From Eledone cirrhosa (taxonomy: Eukaryota): a stretch of DNA of 64,000 bases. Numbering within the stretch: position 1 is the stretch's first letter; every line of letters begins with the position of its first letter. Made by a program: the position numbers and the translations under genes. The notes under the pieces were generated by a model. The model did not search any database, was not told the origin of the DNA, and worked only from the letters and a program-made list of their open reading frames with translations. The stretch is from assembly GCA_964016885.1 (NCBI GenBank), contig OZ024747.1, positions 50,468,001 through 50,532,000 on the forward strand, read 5' to 3'. Shown in pieces: positions 30,151-45,575 of the stretch.

Positions 30151-31474
30151 CATAGAGAGAGAGAGAGATAAATACATAGTATAATTGAAGTACATAATAT
30201 ATAAAATAAAATAAAAATGAATTATATTACGATTTGGAAATATATTCTTACAATTATAAGCAATATAACTTTAAAGCAATATAATTAAAAAAAATATTAC
30301 AGAATATTTTAAGATATAATTTTAAAATAAGAATATGTCTAAAAAAAGTTCAGTATAAAAATTTTAATTTTTTTATATAATATTTAACTCTCAGTATGTT
30401 TAACTTAATTTTTATAACCATATAGGAAATTTTCAAAGAAAAAGAAAGAGAAACTTTCAAAAGAGAAACTTTCAAAAATAGGAGAAACTTTCCAAAAAAA
30501 TATTTTCATTTTTTAAGAGCTTTCAGTATGTTTATCTAGAAAAATTTTCTATGAAAATATTTTTTTAATATTTGAGAGTTTAAGCAGTCAAATGAAGGAA
30601 TCTAATGATTTATCGACAGGTTCAATATATTATATATTACATTTTAAATTTATATTTAAACGTTGAGTTCAATCTATGTCTGCAGCAACTGAAGAGATTG
30701 CTCCTTACGTTCAGGGAATTTTTGCTTTTTAATATAAAGAATATTTCCTCTATACAAAGATCACAATTTTCTGAAGAGGAGTTAAAAGGAGAAGCTTATG
30801 TAATAATATTCCAAAATAACGAATATTTAACGTTCTTTAATTTGAGGTCCCATAATAGGCTAGATAGGAAGTTGAAAATTTTTTGTTTAAATGCGTAAAA
30901 GAGCTTTTATGGTTATTAAAACGAGATTTAAAATCTGTTTAAATTAGTTTTTACATTACAATTATATACTATATTTTTAGCTAAGCAATTGTTATTTAAC
31001 GGACATTTAGATTTATTTCTACAGTTACATTTATCAAATTGGATATTGTTGGGGTTATTAGTGGTATTTTGGTAAGGTTTTAAATTTCTATTATTAATTC
31101 TATTAATATTCTGCGCTAAATTTTTGGTGGATGAATAAGTTAATTTTATAGTATGTCTATTAAATATTGAGTAATATCTATGTGTTCTCGGGAAGCATTT
31201 GTCAAGAGCTTTAAAGAATAGTTTAGCGATAGGAGTTTTAATATTTAATGAGAAAGGAGGAGCGAACCATAATATATTCCTAGTTCTATTTCTTTTTTTT
31301 TGTTTTCCGAATTATTGTAAGGTTTTCTATTATAGTTGTTAAAATTGTTAAGCTTATGGTTAGTTGTTATATTATTATTATCAATGTATTTAATTTTATT
31401 TCTATATCCAGCTCTACCTAACGCTTCGTTGTAATAATGTGCTTTATCATCAAATATATTCTTATTAGCTGAAA
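28822..31474 (-). mobile_element. Second Naiad-like PLE copy (EN remnant 30637-31474, YVG segment deleted)
   Basis: Homologous to 17243-19700; CNCRNKSKCPLNNNCL; ~28-bp deletion at 30938. Confidence 0.85.
28952..29016 (-). ncRNA. Type I HHR in pLTR
   Basis: RC: tattttat CTGATGA aagcacacca..tggtgtcctt GAAA tatgtaTA atgaaata. Confidence 0.8.
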
Positions 31475-32050
31475 TGGTATAGCTGAAGTCGTAGACTAAA
31501 GTTCTAACGGAGATTCATTCGGTTTCCTAGTTAGAACTTTAGTCTACGACTTCAGCTATACCATTTACGTGGTTTTGTCTTTGCGTGCAATTGTTCTCAA
31601 CGCTCCACATATAACTTATTATCTTCGTTTTTTCCGTGCATTGCCAGAGAACGTCTCTATAAACGACCTAAGAGAACATTTGTCTACGACTTCTTTTATA
31701 CCATAAACGTGGTTCTGTCTTTGCGCGTAATTGTTTTTCACCGCTCCTATTAATGACGTATTATATTCGTTTTTTCCCGTTCTTTGCCAGGGAACGTTTC
31801 CACGAACCAAAGTATCGTCTTCCTGTCTTCCTCCGGTTGCAACGTTTTTTGAAATATCCACTTCTGCGTTTACAGATTGACTTTGTTAGTTTCAGAAGAT
31901 CCCGTTAAGGGTGAAAGCAGCGATTCTTTGTTTAAACTTTAATCTGTTATTTTAATAAATATTTACTCTACGGTTCTTATATATTTGATATATATTTATC
32001 CTTATCGAGCCCTCTTTGGATTTTAGTCTTCAAATTTATTATTATTACTA
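31472..32050 (+). mobile_element. PLE family D terminal region with a 5' hairpin
   Basis: Homologous to 57055-57450, 40125-40465 and 41198-41430; ~36-bp inverted repeat at 31472-31567. Confidence 0.7.
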
Positions 32051-32448
32051 AATATATATATATAAATATATATTTAACTTGGTGTCCTTGAAATATATAA
32101 ATATATATATATATATATTTACAAACAAACAAACCGAGCATTATCATCATCATCATCATTCGTCGACTACTGTCGAGATGATGGATCTCACTCTCATGCC
32201 CAGAATTCCCTGTCCCCCATCGCCGCCCCCAGGTCCTGTCTACCGATTCCCGTATTCTACCGAGCATTATAATAAATGTTCGGTAAACCGATACGTGCAT
32301 ATATATATATATATGTGTGCATGTATGTATATATATACATACTACTGTACGACTGTATACATATATGTATGTACGTATACATACATACTTACATTTAAGT
32401 AAGTGCCGTACTAAGAGTGAGAAATGAAATTTCGTTTCATTCTATTCC

Positions 32449-32625
<177 letters not shown>

Positions 32626-32632
32626 CATATAT

Positions 32633-32689
<57 letters not shown>

Positions 32690-32691
32690 TA

Positions 32692-32819
<128 letters not shown>

Positions 32820-32884
32820 TATATCTATCTATATATATATATATATATACATACATATCAGAGCTTCGATTCTACTGAACTTCT

Positions 32885-33017
<133 letters not shown>

Positions 33018-33224
33018 CTTTATGCTGAAAGCATATAGATTTAAGCAGACAGTATTATCGATTTAGGTGGTGTCATAGAAAGCCTGCATTTGGATTTTAC
33101 CACCAGTTCCATTTGGGTCCAAGTTTTTATCATTTATTTTGTTTGACCTGTTTAGCTTGATTTGTTTTTTGGCTTAGGTGGTTAATGCCTTCTTAACCAC
33201 TTTTTCAGTTTGTATGGCGTTTTA

Positions 33225-34112
33225 ACATACTGTTTAGCATATTGTTTAACATATTGTTTAACATATTGTTTCAACATATTGTTTAACATATTGTTTTAAC
33301 ATATTGTTTAACATATTGTTTTAACATATTGTTTAACATATTGTTTAACATATTGTTTTAACATATTGTTTTAACATATTGTTTAACATATTGTTTTAAC
33401 ATATTGTTTAACATATTGTTTAACATATTGTTTTAACATATTGTTTTAACATATTGTTTAACATATTGTTTAACATATTGTTTTAACATATTGTTTTAAC
33501 ATATTGTTTTAACATATTGTTTTAACATATTGTTTAACATATTGTTTCAACATATTGTTTAACATATTGTTTTAACATATTGTTTAACATATTGTTTAAC
33601 ATATTGTTTTAACATATTGTTTTAACATATTGTTTTAACATATTGTTTTAACATATTGTTTAACATATTGTTTCAACATATTGTTTAACATATTGTTTTA
33701 ACATATTGTTTAACATATTGTTTTAACATATTGTTTCAACATATTGTTTTAACATATTGTTTAACATATTGTTTCAACATATTGTTTAACATATTGTTTT
33801 AACATATTGTTTAACATATTGTTTTAACATATTGTTTCAACATATTGTTTAACATATTGTTTTAGCATATTGTTTAACATATTGTTTAACATATTGTTTA
33901 ACATATTGTTTAACATATTGTTTCAACATATTGTTTAACATATTGTTTTAACATATTGTTTAACATATTGTTTAACATATTGTTTCAACATATTGTTTAA
34001 CATATTGTTTAACATATTATTTCAACATATTGTTTAACATATTGTTTAACATATTATTTCAACATATTGTTTAACATATTGTTTTAACATATTGTTTAAC
34101 ATATTGTTTTTT
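33225..34112. repeat. 12/13-bp quasi-palindromic minisatellite (aacatattgttt[t]) x ~70
   Basis: Direct; each unit is AACA-TAT-TGTT. Confidence 0.95.
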
Positions 34113-34207
34113 AACTATTGAGCGCTTGCCAGCATTTCTACGATTTTGCGTTTCGTTTCGCTTTTTCTACCAGCCGAAATACGATTCTCGCTGAATTATA
34201 TATATAT

Positions 34208-34248
<41 letters not shown>

Positions 34249-34327
34249 GCCTTTCTCTCCTTCGTTACACACTTCGTCTGTATGTCACCCTACCTGTACC
34301 CTCTCTCTCTCTTTCTCTCTCTCTCTG

Positions 34328-34386
<59 letters not shown>

Positions 34387-34390
34387 ACAT

Positions 34391-34487
<97 letters not shown>

Positions 34488-34792
34488 TATATATATATGT
34501 ATATATATTAAGAGATAGAGAGGTAAGGAGAGAGGAGAGAGATGGATGGATGGAAGAGAGACAGAGGGAGACATGGATTAGGCGACCAACCGACTAACAG
34601 TACAGCACTAGTTGGCCCAAGGCAGTAAAGAGACCTGTGTTAATTACATATCTATTTTGTTGGCATGTCGTCTATATATCATGGATTGTAAAATATAAAC
34701 AGAAGACCATTTACACACACACAAACACACACACAAACACAGACACACACACACACATACACATATATATATATATATATATACACACACAG

Positions 34793-34837
<45 letters not shown>

Positions 34838-35005
34838 TATATATATACACTCACACATATATATATATACACACACACACACATGCACACAGACACACAC
34901 ACATACATACACACACACACACATACAGACACAGACACATGCACACAGCCACTCTCACACACACATACACACACACACACCGACACAGACACATGCACAC
35001 AGACA

Positions 35006-35041
<36 letters not shown>

Positions 35042-35584
35042 GTGGCACACACATAAACACACATACACACAGAGACACACTCAGAGACACACACACACAC
35101 ACTGCAAGACACGTACACATAAGCAGAACCTCAGACAGATAGACGACAGACACACATACACCTACGCGCGCGCACATACATATACACACGCATATACTTA
35201 GACAGACAGACAGACAGACATACAGACATACACACCTACATACATGTACGTACAGATATATTAGGGTTTATCAAATTGAATTTGGTTGCATGTATGTTCA
35301 CACACACGCAAATAAGCACGTATTAAGAGTATATATGAATGCATGTATGTGCAAGATATGCATGTGTGCACTATTAATGCATGCATGGGTGTGCAATGAA
35401 TGAATATGTATATACATAAGGTATAAGGTTACGGAAGTGGACCATATTGCAATAGACATATAATTGGAGTCGGAAACCTGGTGCACACAGACATTAAATG
35501 GGTTGATCGATCTAGAGTTAGAGCGTAGTTGAAGAGGGCGAAGTACATAGAAGTGCATATAGAAAGATTTCAATGGAGCGAGGA

Positions 35585-36135
35585 TACTATAGAACAGATT
35601 CTGCAGACTGAATATTCTATATAGCAGGGCTTTCATAGACCAGGGAGTCTGTGGAGCAGAGATTCTATAAGACAGGGATTCTAAAGAGCGATAATTTTAT
35701 AGAACGGTGATTCTATATAACAGAGGTTCTATAGAGCAGGGTTTCTATCCAGAAGCCTTTCTATGAGCAAAGATTCCATGAGAGAGGAATTTATTAAACG
35801 GGGAAGTTATATAGTTGAGGTTGTATAGAGCGGGGTTCTCTGGAGCATGTTTTCTACAATGACAAAGTTCCATGGAGCAGGGATTCTAAATAGCGAATAT
35901 TCAATAGAGTCGAAGCTCAATTGATCGAATATTATATAGAACAAAAACTCTATTGAACGAATATTTTTTTGGAGTGAATATTTAATATTTTATAGAGCAA
36001 TAATTCTATTGATGAAGGATTCTATAGAACAGGAATTCTATAGAGAAATGATTATATAGAGATTGGATTCCATGGAAAGAGGATTCTACAGTGTTGCTCT
36101 ATGGTGAGGGGGTTCTATAGGGCAAGGATCCTTTA
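35585..36135. repeat. Degenerate ~20-bp minisatellite (ttctatagagcagggat-like)
   Basis: Recurrent ttctatagagca motif. Confidence 0.6.
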
Positions 36136-36554
36136 TATAGACGTAATACTATGAAGGACTGATCCCGAAGGTTGCACTTTAGAACAAATAAAAATATTTC
36201 AACCTACTTTGAAAACGGTATCTATACATAATTAGATATAAATAATTAAAAATACAAAAATTTATTTGTACTTCTTCAGTCAATAAATGGAGCAAAGTTA
36301 TCTCGTTGTTTTGGTGTAATGTTTTCCGTCTTAGTTTACTGGTTTCCTCACTTTAACAGTTATATATAAACTTATTATGAATCTCTATTCGTATTTTTCA
36401 TATTCTCAAATAAATCTTACTCTTTTGCAGCGCACCTAATTGCATCTTATTGTGCAACAGTGTAGGGAGGAGTACAGTTGGGAAACCATAGATGTACATT
36501 GAACAGACTCTATAGGGCAGAGATTCTGTGCAGTTGGGGCATATATATATATAT

Positions 36555-36707
36555 ATATTGTTATACTTTGGGAGGGTCATGTTGCCAATAAGAAACACAC
36601 GTGCGTGTGTTTCTTATTGGCAACATGACTCTCCAACAGTATAACAATATCGGTTTCAACACACGATTTCAGATAAAGAATCTTGCTAAACAAATTCAGA
36701 AACGAAA
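36555..36707. mobile_element. Family A pLTR-end fold-back palindrome plus tail
   Basis: attgttatactttgggagggtcatgttgccaataagaaacacac followed by its RC; tail matches the RC of 62097-62160. Confidence 0.75.
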
Positions 36708-36725
36708 TATATATATATAAATACA

Positions 36726-36774
<49 letters not shown>

Positions 36775-36816
36775 AAAAGCTTCCTGGTTATGTCAATATT
36801 TATAAAACAAACTTTG

Positions 36817-36877
36817 TATTTTATCTGAGGAGAGCGTACCAAAGTTTTGGTACCCTTGAAATATATATAATAGAATA
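36817..36877 (+). ncRNA. Type I HHR (solo Naiad pLTR fragment)
   Basis: tattttat CTGAGGA gagcgtacca-aagttt-tggtaccctt GAAA tatataTA atagaata. Confidence 0.8.
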
Positions 36878-36918
36878 AATATGGTTTTATAAATATAGTT
36901 TCCATTTTAATATCATTG

Positions 36919-37028
<110 letters not shown>

Positions 37029-37393
37029 TAAATATTCTATATTTAATATAGAAAAGGCTTCTCCAGGACTTGAGCTGTTTCATTCGGGAGAAATCATGCG
37101 GGGGACAATCACTTCTTCAGTTGTCTGCTGGAGATCACGGACATTTCAACGCATTAAAGACAATATGTCTAACTCCAGTGCGTCAATAACTCGTGGAAGT
37201 TATTGGGGAAGGATAAAAGGAGAGAGAAAAAAATTAAACAGAAGGGAAAAAAAGGATAACAAAAACGCAGAGAACATACCGAAAAAAAGGATACATGAGG
37301 AAAAGCATATGTATATAGTAGGTAAGCGGAAAAGAGAGAGAGAGTGAGAGAGTGAGAGGGAGAGAGAGCGAGTGAGAGCGAGAGAGCGAGAGC

Positions 37394-37434
<41 letters not shown>

Positions 37435-37648
37435 GGAGAGAGAGGGAGGGGGGCGAAAGCATCTACTGAACATAAGTCCGAGGCTTTTATTGACAACGAG
37501 ATAGGGACATATATATATATAATACATAAAACAAGAAACGAACAAACAAGGGGGTGCATTAACATAAAGTCGTACTAGTTTCACGCTTAAAACAAAGGCA
37601 GTGACTTACATACATACATACATGTATACATACCTACCTCTCTCTCTA

Positions 37649-38415
<767 letters not shown>

Positions 38416-38424
38416 TATATATAT

Positions 38425-38470
<46 letters not shown>

Positions 38471-38525
38471 AAGACTGGAATTGAACCATCAGCACAGCTG
38501 AGGTATGTCATGCATCAATTTATAT

Positions 38526-38589
38526 ATTTTATCTGATGAGGACGTACTGAGGTATCAGAACAGTAACTCCGAAATATATATAATAAAAT
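38526..38589 (+). ncRNA. Type I HHR
   Basis: attttat CTGATGA gga-cg-tactg..cagta-ac-tcc GAAA tatataTA ataaaat. Confidence 0.8.
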
Positions 38590-38630
38590 CTATTTGATTA
38601 CATGAATGTCTATATTTATTAATATTTTGA

Positions 38631-38696
<66 letters not shown>

Positions 38697-39100
38697 TTGT
38701 GTATAATGGTAGCTATGGTGCTTCCATAGGCGGTATGCCAAAATTAGCATAGAGTAGAGTGTGGATAGTATAAAAACGAAAAATCAGTGATGCATCTGGA
38801 CTCAGTTTATTGCGTGTTACAATTGTTTCGCCGGCAGGTAGCTCGAGACATGATCACTGCATGGATCTTGCTGATTCTACGACTGCAAGTTCCTTCGGAC
38901 ACGGGTAGATCGTTCGGAGCAAATTTTCCCACTGCGGTGTTATCGTCAAAAAACACCTTCAAAATATATATATATATATATATATTTATGTATGAAATAC
39001 CAATGATCGTTGGCAAATCACTGATGAGGGACTCATTTTATAACATGTTATCCATGTGCAACCATGCAGTATTCTTCTCCCCATATTTTTCACATATATT

Positions 39101-39190
<90 letters not shown>

Positions 39191-39191
39191 A

Positions 39192-39330
<139 letters not shown>

Positions 39331-39362
39331 AATATATATATGTATATATATATATGTATATG

Positions 39363-39471
<109 letters not shown>

Positions 39472-39478
39472 GTATATA

Positions 39479-39590
<112 letters not shown>

Positions 39591-39786
39591 TTTTAATATA
39601 GATGAGATTCTACAGGACTAGAATTGTTTCATTCTTTAGAAATCATCAGGAATCTGGGTATCCAAAACTAAAAGTGGAATATATAGGTCTTTTCAGGTGG
39701 TAGGAGAGGGTGGGGGAGTGGGATGGGTAGAGGTCATTGGTTGATAGAAAAGGGAATACATTAAAAGCTAATTCTTTAAAGCTATA

Positions 39787-39823
<37 letters not shown>

Positions 39824-39951
39824 AAAGTTTTATTTAAAATTGTAGGGTTACAACGAGTAAATATTTTATAACTGATATAAAAGCACTCAACAAGTTTTGG
39901 AGTAGGTTTACGATATTAAACAAATGGAAACTATATTTATAAAACCATATT

Positions 39952-40017
39952 TATTTCATTATATATATTTCAGGGATACCATATTAAAAATATGGTATGC
40001 CTTCCTCAGACAAAATA
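39952..40017 (-). ncRNA. Type I HHR in a fold-back solo pLTR (39822-40108)
   Basis: RC: tattttgt CTGAGGA aggcataccatatt..aatatggtatccct GAAA tatataTA atgaaata. Confidence 0.8.
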
Positions 40018-40814
40018 CAATATATAAACCGTTTTATGGTATCCCTGAAATATATATAATGAAATAAATATGGTTTTATAAATATAGTTTCCATTTGTTT
40101 AATATCGTATATATATATATATATTTATTAAAATAACAGATTAAAGTTTAAGCAAAGAATCGCAGCTTTCACCCTTAACGGGATCTTCTGAAACTAACAA
40201 AGTCAATCTGTAAATGCAGAAGTGGATATTTCAAAAAACGTTGCAACCGGAGGAAGACAGGAAGACGATACTTTGGTCCGTGGAAACGTTCGCTGGCAAA
40301 GAACGGGAAAAAACGAATATAATACGTCATTAATAGGAGCGGTGAAAAACAATTACGCGCAAAGACAGAACCACGTTTTTGGTATAAAAGAGGTCGTAGA
40401 CTAATGTTCTCTTAGGTAGTGCATATAGACGTTCTCTGGCAATGAACGAAAAAACGAAGATAATATATATATATATTTATATATATAACCATGTCTTATA
40501 AATTGATGATTTTGTTTGACGTATTGCTGCTACGTTTATACGGGATCAGTTTTATATATGCTGAACTTTCTCATTAAAAACCACTTCCATATTCATAACA
40601 CCCATCCTTCATCTTACTCTACAACCACGCTTAGACTGCTTTTTATTTCTGGAAGTTCAAAGCTAGTTTAAGTGGAATATTTCACCTTTACATATTAATA
40701 ACTATAATCCTCACACCTTCTCAACATTGAACAGAGCACACACACCTGCATATATATATATATATATATATAGATAGATATATATATATGTGTGTGTGTG
40801 TGTGCGTGTGTGCG

Positions 40815-40889
<75 letters not shown>

Positions 40890-41464
40890 TTTTTTTATTG
40901 AACGATACTTTATTTAATGGAATTTATATGATTGATAGTGAAAAATAAAATGGTTTAGCATCGTCTAGAGATTTCTCCGTATAATGCCGGATTATCTGGA
41001 GTAATCACCAGAGGGCATATAGATGTCTCTATGGGAAACTAAAATAGGAAATCTGAAATTCATAAGCTAATAGATTGTTTTAACGTTTCAACAACGCTTG
41101 TGAATTCACTTAAAAAATCACCTTATAGAAGAATGCCATATATATATATATATATATATAGTAATAATATATATATATAGTAATAATATATATATATAGT
41201 AATAATAATAAATTTGAAGAGTAAAATCCAAAGAGGGCTCGATAAGGATAAATATATATCAAATATATATGAACCGTAGAGCAAATATTTATTAAAATAA
41301 CAGATTAAAGCAAGGTTTTTTGAAATATTCACTTCTGCTTTCACAGATTGACTTTGTTAGTTCCAGAAGATCCCGTTAAGGGTGAAAGCAGCGATTCTTT
41401 GCTTAAACTTTAATCAGTTATTTTAATTAATATATATATGCATGTAAGTATGTATGTATGCATG

Positions 41465-41509
<45 letters not shown>

Positions 41510-41513
<4 letters not shown>

Positions 41514-41878
41514 AAGAACACAAGAGCGTCTACAACATCAAAAGATTTTTATTGGCTTACAATGTTTCTTCCTTACGTAACCGTAGGATTCGTCAGAGCT
41601 ATAAAAGGGGTTTGACTGGTGTTATGGACTCTACCAACCATGGGCTCTATTGGTTGGTAGAGTCAATAACACCAATCAAACCCCTTTTATAGCTCTGACG
41701 AATCCTACGGTTACGTAAGGAAGAAACATTGTAAGCCAATAAAAATCTTTTGATGTTGTAGACGCTCTTGTGTTCTTTATCATATATACGGCTCTGCTCC
41801 AAAGCATAGAGCTAATTATTATGCTGCCAATACCTTAATGGGACACGGGTATACAATACCTAACTCCTATTAACCTAA

Positions 41879-41880
<2 letters not shown>
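41510..41880 (+). mobile_element. Fold-back element with ~130-bp arms, each carrying an HHR
   Basis: ~41513-41640 is the RC of ~41651-41778; (TA)n on both sides. Confidence 0.8.
41692..41736 (+). ncRNA. Type I HHR (mirror copy on - at 41555-41599)
   Basis: gct CTGACGA atcctacg-gtta-cgtaaggaa GAAA cattg TA agc. Confidence 0.7.
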
Positions 41881-41947
<67 letters not shown>

Positions 41948-41969
41948 TACAATAATATATATATATATA

Positions 41970-43340
41970 TGAAGGTTTATGTATATCAGGAATGGTCGGT
42001 TAAACAAAAAAGCTGCTTTATCGACTTGAATCGTATAGCATAAATATCCAAGCAGGCGAATATGGTATATAGGTCCAGAAGAGATCGCGGTGTATATTAA
42101 TATAGGCAAGTATTGCACCAAGAAAAATAAAACGTCGGCATGAAGAGATTATGAATTTATTTGCTTTGACATATGTTTCTTTATCTATTTATAACTTGAC
42201 TACATATGCTGACTACAACATGTATTTTTCAATCATATGCAATACTTAATTATATATTACACTTCATCAGAAGGCCTATAGTAGTGGAATTCAACTATTC
42301 GCTACGCTGTAGAATTCAGCAATGAGATTTATGTTTAAGATAATGTAAATAAGTTAAAAAGAGAATGACATACGGTCAATTAGTGTGATGGGAGAGAGGA
42401 GAGGGTGTGGGGTAAAGAGTTTCACATTATCAATCCGTGTGATGTGATGTGGAAGAATTCTTCTTTAACCATTGTTATAGGTGAAGTTTTTGATGTTTAC
42501 CATATATGGGGACAGAGAAGGTATAAAGTGAGGGACAGAGAAAGATAAAGTAGAGATTAAGAGTAGGCTATCGTGGGCAAGGAGGAAAGGAATGAAGAAA
42601 ATGTGATTGTTTTGCATACTATTGAATCCATTGGGTGTGAAAAGTTCAAATGCCACAGGAAATGTACCAAATAGGATATATAAAACCTAGGTATTAGGGA
42701 TCAAATCTTGTTCTAGGCCAGTTTGTATTTACGAAGGCTTTTAGAACCTTGTGTTTGCAATTAAATATCCTATCGTGCCGGGAATTTAGAAGGTCATTTC
42801 CGGTCGTTACTTCAATTACCTCCGTCAAATATAGTCTTTCCTTCCGGTAAGGGTGGGCGAATTTTAGCACGGACCACTGTAGTGTGTATTCAATATTAGT
42901 GCGTTTCAGATCCCAGATTTCTTTCGCCAGGGCCGTAGATCTTGCTAAACTGAGGTTTTTCAATGTGTGGGTGTGCACAAACCATGTTTTCTTGAAATTA
43001 TTCGAAGTGGAACCCACATATTTATATATCCCCAGTTTAAATTTTACTACACATTGATAAATGATATTTTTGTACAAGCATTTACCCCAATTGCTGGGAT
43101 TTCTGCAGTTGCAGTTTGTCCGTGTATAGTGTGTGGTTTCCTCCTTGGTTCCAGTGTTGGGGGTGTTATTCCGTGTTGTTGCCCCGGATATGCGCGTAAA
43201 GTGGAAGAGACGTTGCTATTTGCGGCTGCCGGTCTGCTCAGTGTTGGAGGTTGGAGGGTGCTGATGTTGCTGAAGGTTCAGATTATATCCGGGATTCCGT
43301 TGGCTGTTGGTATTGCCGTACCTGCGGGGGCATTTGTTAT
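41970..43340 (-). mobile_element. Naiad-like PLE 3' fragment with GIY-YIG remnant (42694-43120)
   Basis: NCNCRNPSN..KCLYKNIIYQC..YVGST..TALAKEIWDLK..CKHK. Confidence 0.85.
42163..42275 (-). ncRNA. HHR-like motif with an ~85-nt stem II insert
   Basis: RC: gcctt CTGATGA ... GAAA catatg TC aaagc; stem III ACATATGT; same strand as, and downstream of, the EN remnant. Confidence 0.5.
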
Positions 43341-43346
43341 GTGTGT

Positions 43347-43444
<98 letters not shown>

Positions 43445-43642
43445 TATTTGTCCAGTTAATTTCCACGGACTAAGAGGAAAGACTAGGTAAATTTCATCTG
43501 ACTGTTCCTCATAAAGGAATATCGGTAACATTTATCTGTTATTTCTGCAAAGTTATATTTTAAACTTAGCTCCGTTTAAATAATTATTTATCTAGTTGAT
43601 TTCTACGGACTGAAAAGAAAAAATGGATAAATTTCAAACTGA

Positions 43643-43681
<39 letters not shown>

Positions 43682-43684
<3 letters not shown>

Positions 43685-44076
43685 AAAAAGTATGACCCCG
43701 ACGGCAGAGCTCAAGCCTTTTCGACGGCTATTTCTGGACTAAATTAGAATTTTTAGCCTGGTGAATAAATAGCCGAACTTGTCAAGGGGGTACTTCCTTA
43801 TATGGGAAGATTGTAGTTGTCAAGAGGATTGGTTAAAACTTGTTGTAAACACAAATAAGTTTATCAAGGCATTTGGTGGGAGGAAGTACCCCTTTGACAA
43901 GTTCGGCTATTTATTCACCAGGTTAAAAATTCTAATTTAGTCCAGAAATAGCCGTCGAAACGGCTTGAGCTCTGCCGTCGGGGTCATACTTTTTCCTATT
44001 TCCCACTCTACTAGCCTAAGTATTGAGTACTCTGGTGCGTTATGGTCCATCTGGTTCCTTACCACAATTCCTTTGT

Positions 44077-44078
<2 letters not shown>
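43682..44078 (+). mobile_element. Family E fold-back element; further copies at 44410-44626, 61545-61732 and 61868-62068
   Basis: 43682-43798 is the RC of 43881-43997; all copies adjoin (TA)n. Confidence 0.8.
43881..43997 (+). ncRNA. Type I HHR with a U3-A8 variant core
   Basis: acccct TTGACAA g-ttcggctattt..aaatagccg-tc GAAA cggc-ttgagctct-gccg TC ggggt; predicted cut after 43979. Confidence 0.7.
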
Positions 44079-44140
<62 letters not shown>

Positions 44141-44776
44141 TTATTTATTTATTTATATACTACCAATAAAGATGTTATAGATCAGGCAATATGTCAATAT
44201 GATCAACTCTCTGAAATGATCGTGAAACAATGATATGAATAGATAAAATAACTCGACTTTGTTGTTATTATTTTCCCGCCGAGGTTAACTTTACCTTTCA
44301 TCCTTACGGGGTCGATAAAATAAAGTACCAGTAATGCACTGGGATAATTGCTGGCCTTGTGTAAAAAAGTAGAAACAATTATTTCATTGTCAAATTATAT
44401 ATATATATATAACGAAGGAAATGTGGTAAGGAACCAGTTGGACCATAACGCACCAAAGTACTCAATACTTAAGGTAGTAGAGTGGGTAATAGGAATGAGT
44501 AGGACCCCGACGGTTGAGCTCAAGCCGTTTCGACGGCTAATTCTGGACTAAAATCAGAATCTTTTTAGTCCAGAATTAGCCGTTGAAACGGCTTGAGCTC
44601 AGCCGTCGGGGTCCTACTCGTTCCTATATATATATATATATTTATGTGTGTATGTGTGTGAGTGTGTGTGCGTGCATGTGTGTGTGTGTGTACATGTGTA
44701 TACATGTATGTGTGTGTGTGTGTGTGTGTGTGCGTGTGTGCGTGTGTGCGTGTGTGCGTGTGCGTGCGTGTGTGTG

Positions 44777-44893
<117 letters not shown>

Positions 44894-45169
44894 CTGTGTG
44901 TGACAGTAAACACCTGACAATTTTGCTGACTTTAACACAGCATGTTAATACAGCCACTTCATGAAAACCCTTTGTTTGCTTAGAATAAATGAACCTTGAA
45001 AATTAGGAATGCCCGCATTTGTATCATTCTGTATCACTAAGTATTTTCCTCTAAATTTTCCTCTAAATTTAAAGAATCCCCATTCTTTAAATCCATCAGC
45101 CAATGACCTCGACTCATCCCAATCACCACCCTCCCCTACCACCAGAAAATGTATAAATACCACCATATC

Positions 45170-45449
45170 CCATTGACAGTCGGCTTTCCTGACGATTTTC
45201 TTCGAATGAAACAGTTATTATTTTCACAGTGATCTTGGAGGAGTAGTTTCATCTTATACATCAGGTTCTGGCATCCAATGGGTCGGTAGATTTTTGCCAA
45301 GTGGGTGTCTTTATTCTTGGGGAACAGTAATGTTTGTGCTCATGTCAACCATTCTGGTATAAGTGTATCTCCCTTGAGAACTTTTTTGGTAGAGGTCGAT
45401 AAGATACCTCCGATAAAATATCAGTTTTTTGTACCAGTAGCCGGCATTC
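45170..45449 (-). pseudogene. R4/Dong-like LINE RT N-terminal fragment
   Basis: GYWYKKL..IPEWLT*AQTLLFPKNKDTHLAKIYRPIGCQNLMYK. Confidence 0.75.
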
Positions 45450-45575
45450 TTCTTCTTCTTCTTCTTCTTCTTCTTCTTCTTCTTCTTCTTCTTCTTCTTC
45501 TTCTTCTTCTTCTTCTTCTTCTTCTTCTTCTTCTTCTTCTTCTTCTTCTTCTTCTTCTTCTTCTTCTTCTTCTTC
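45449..45575. repeat. (TTC)n
   Basis: Direct. Confidence 0.95.
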
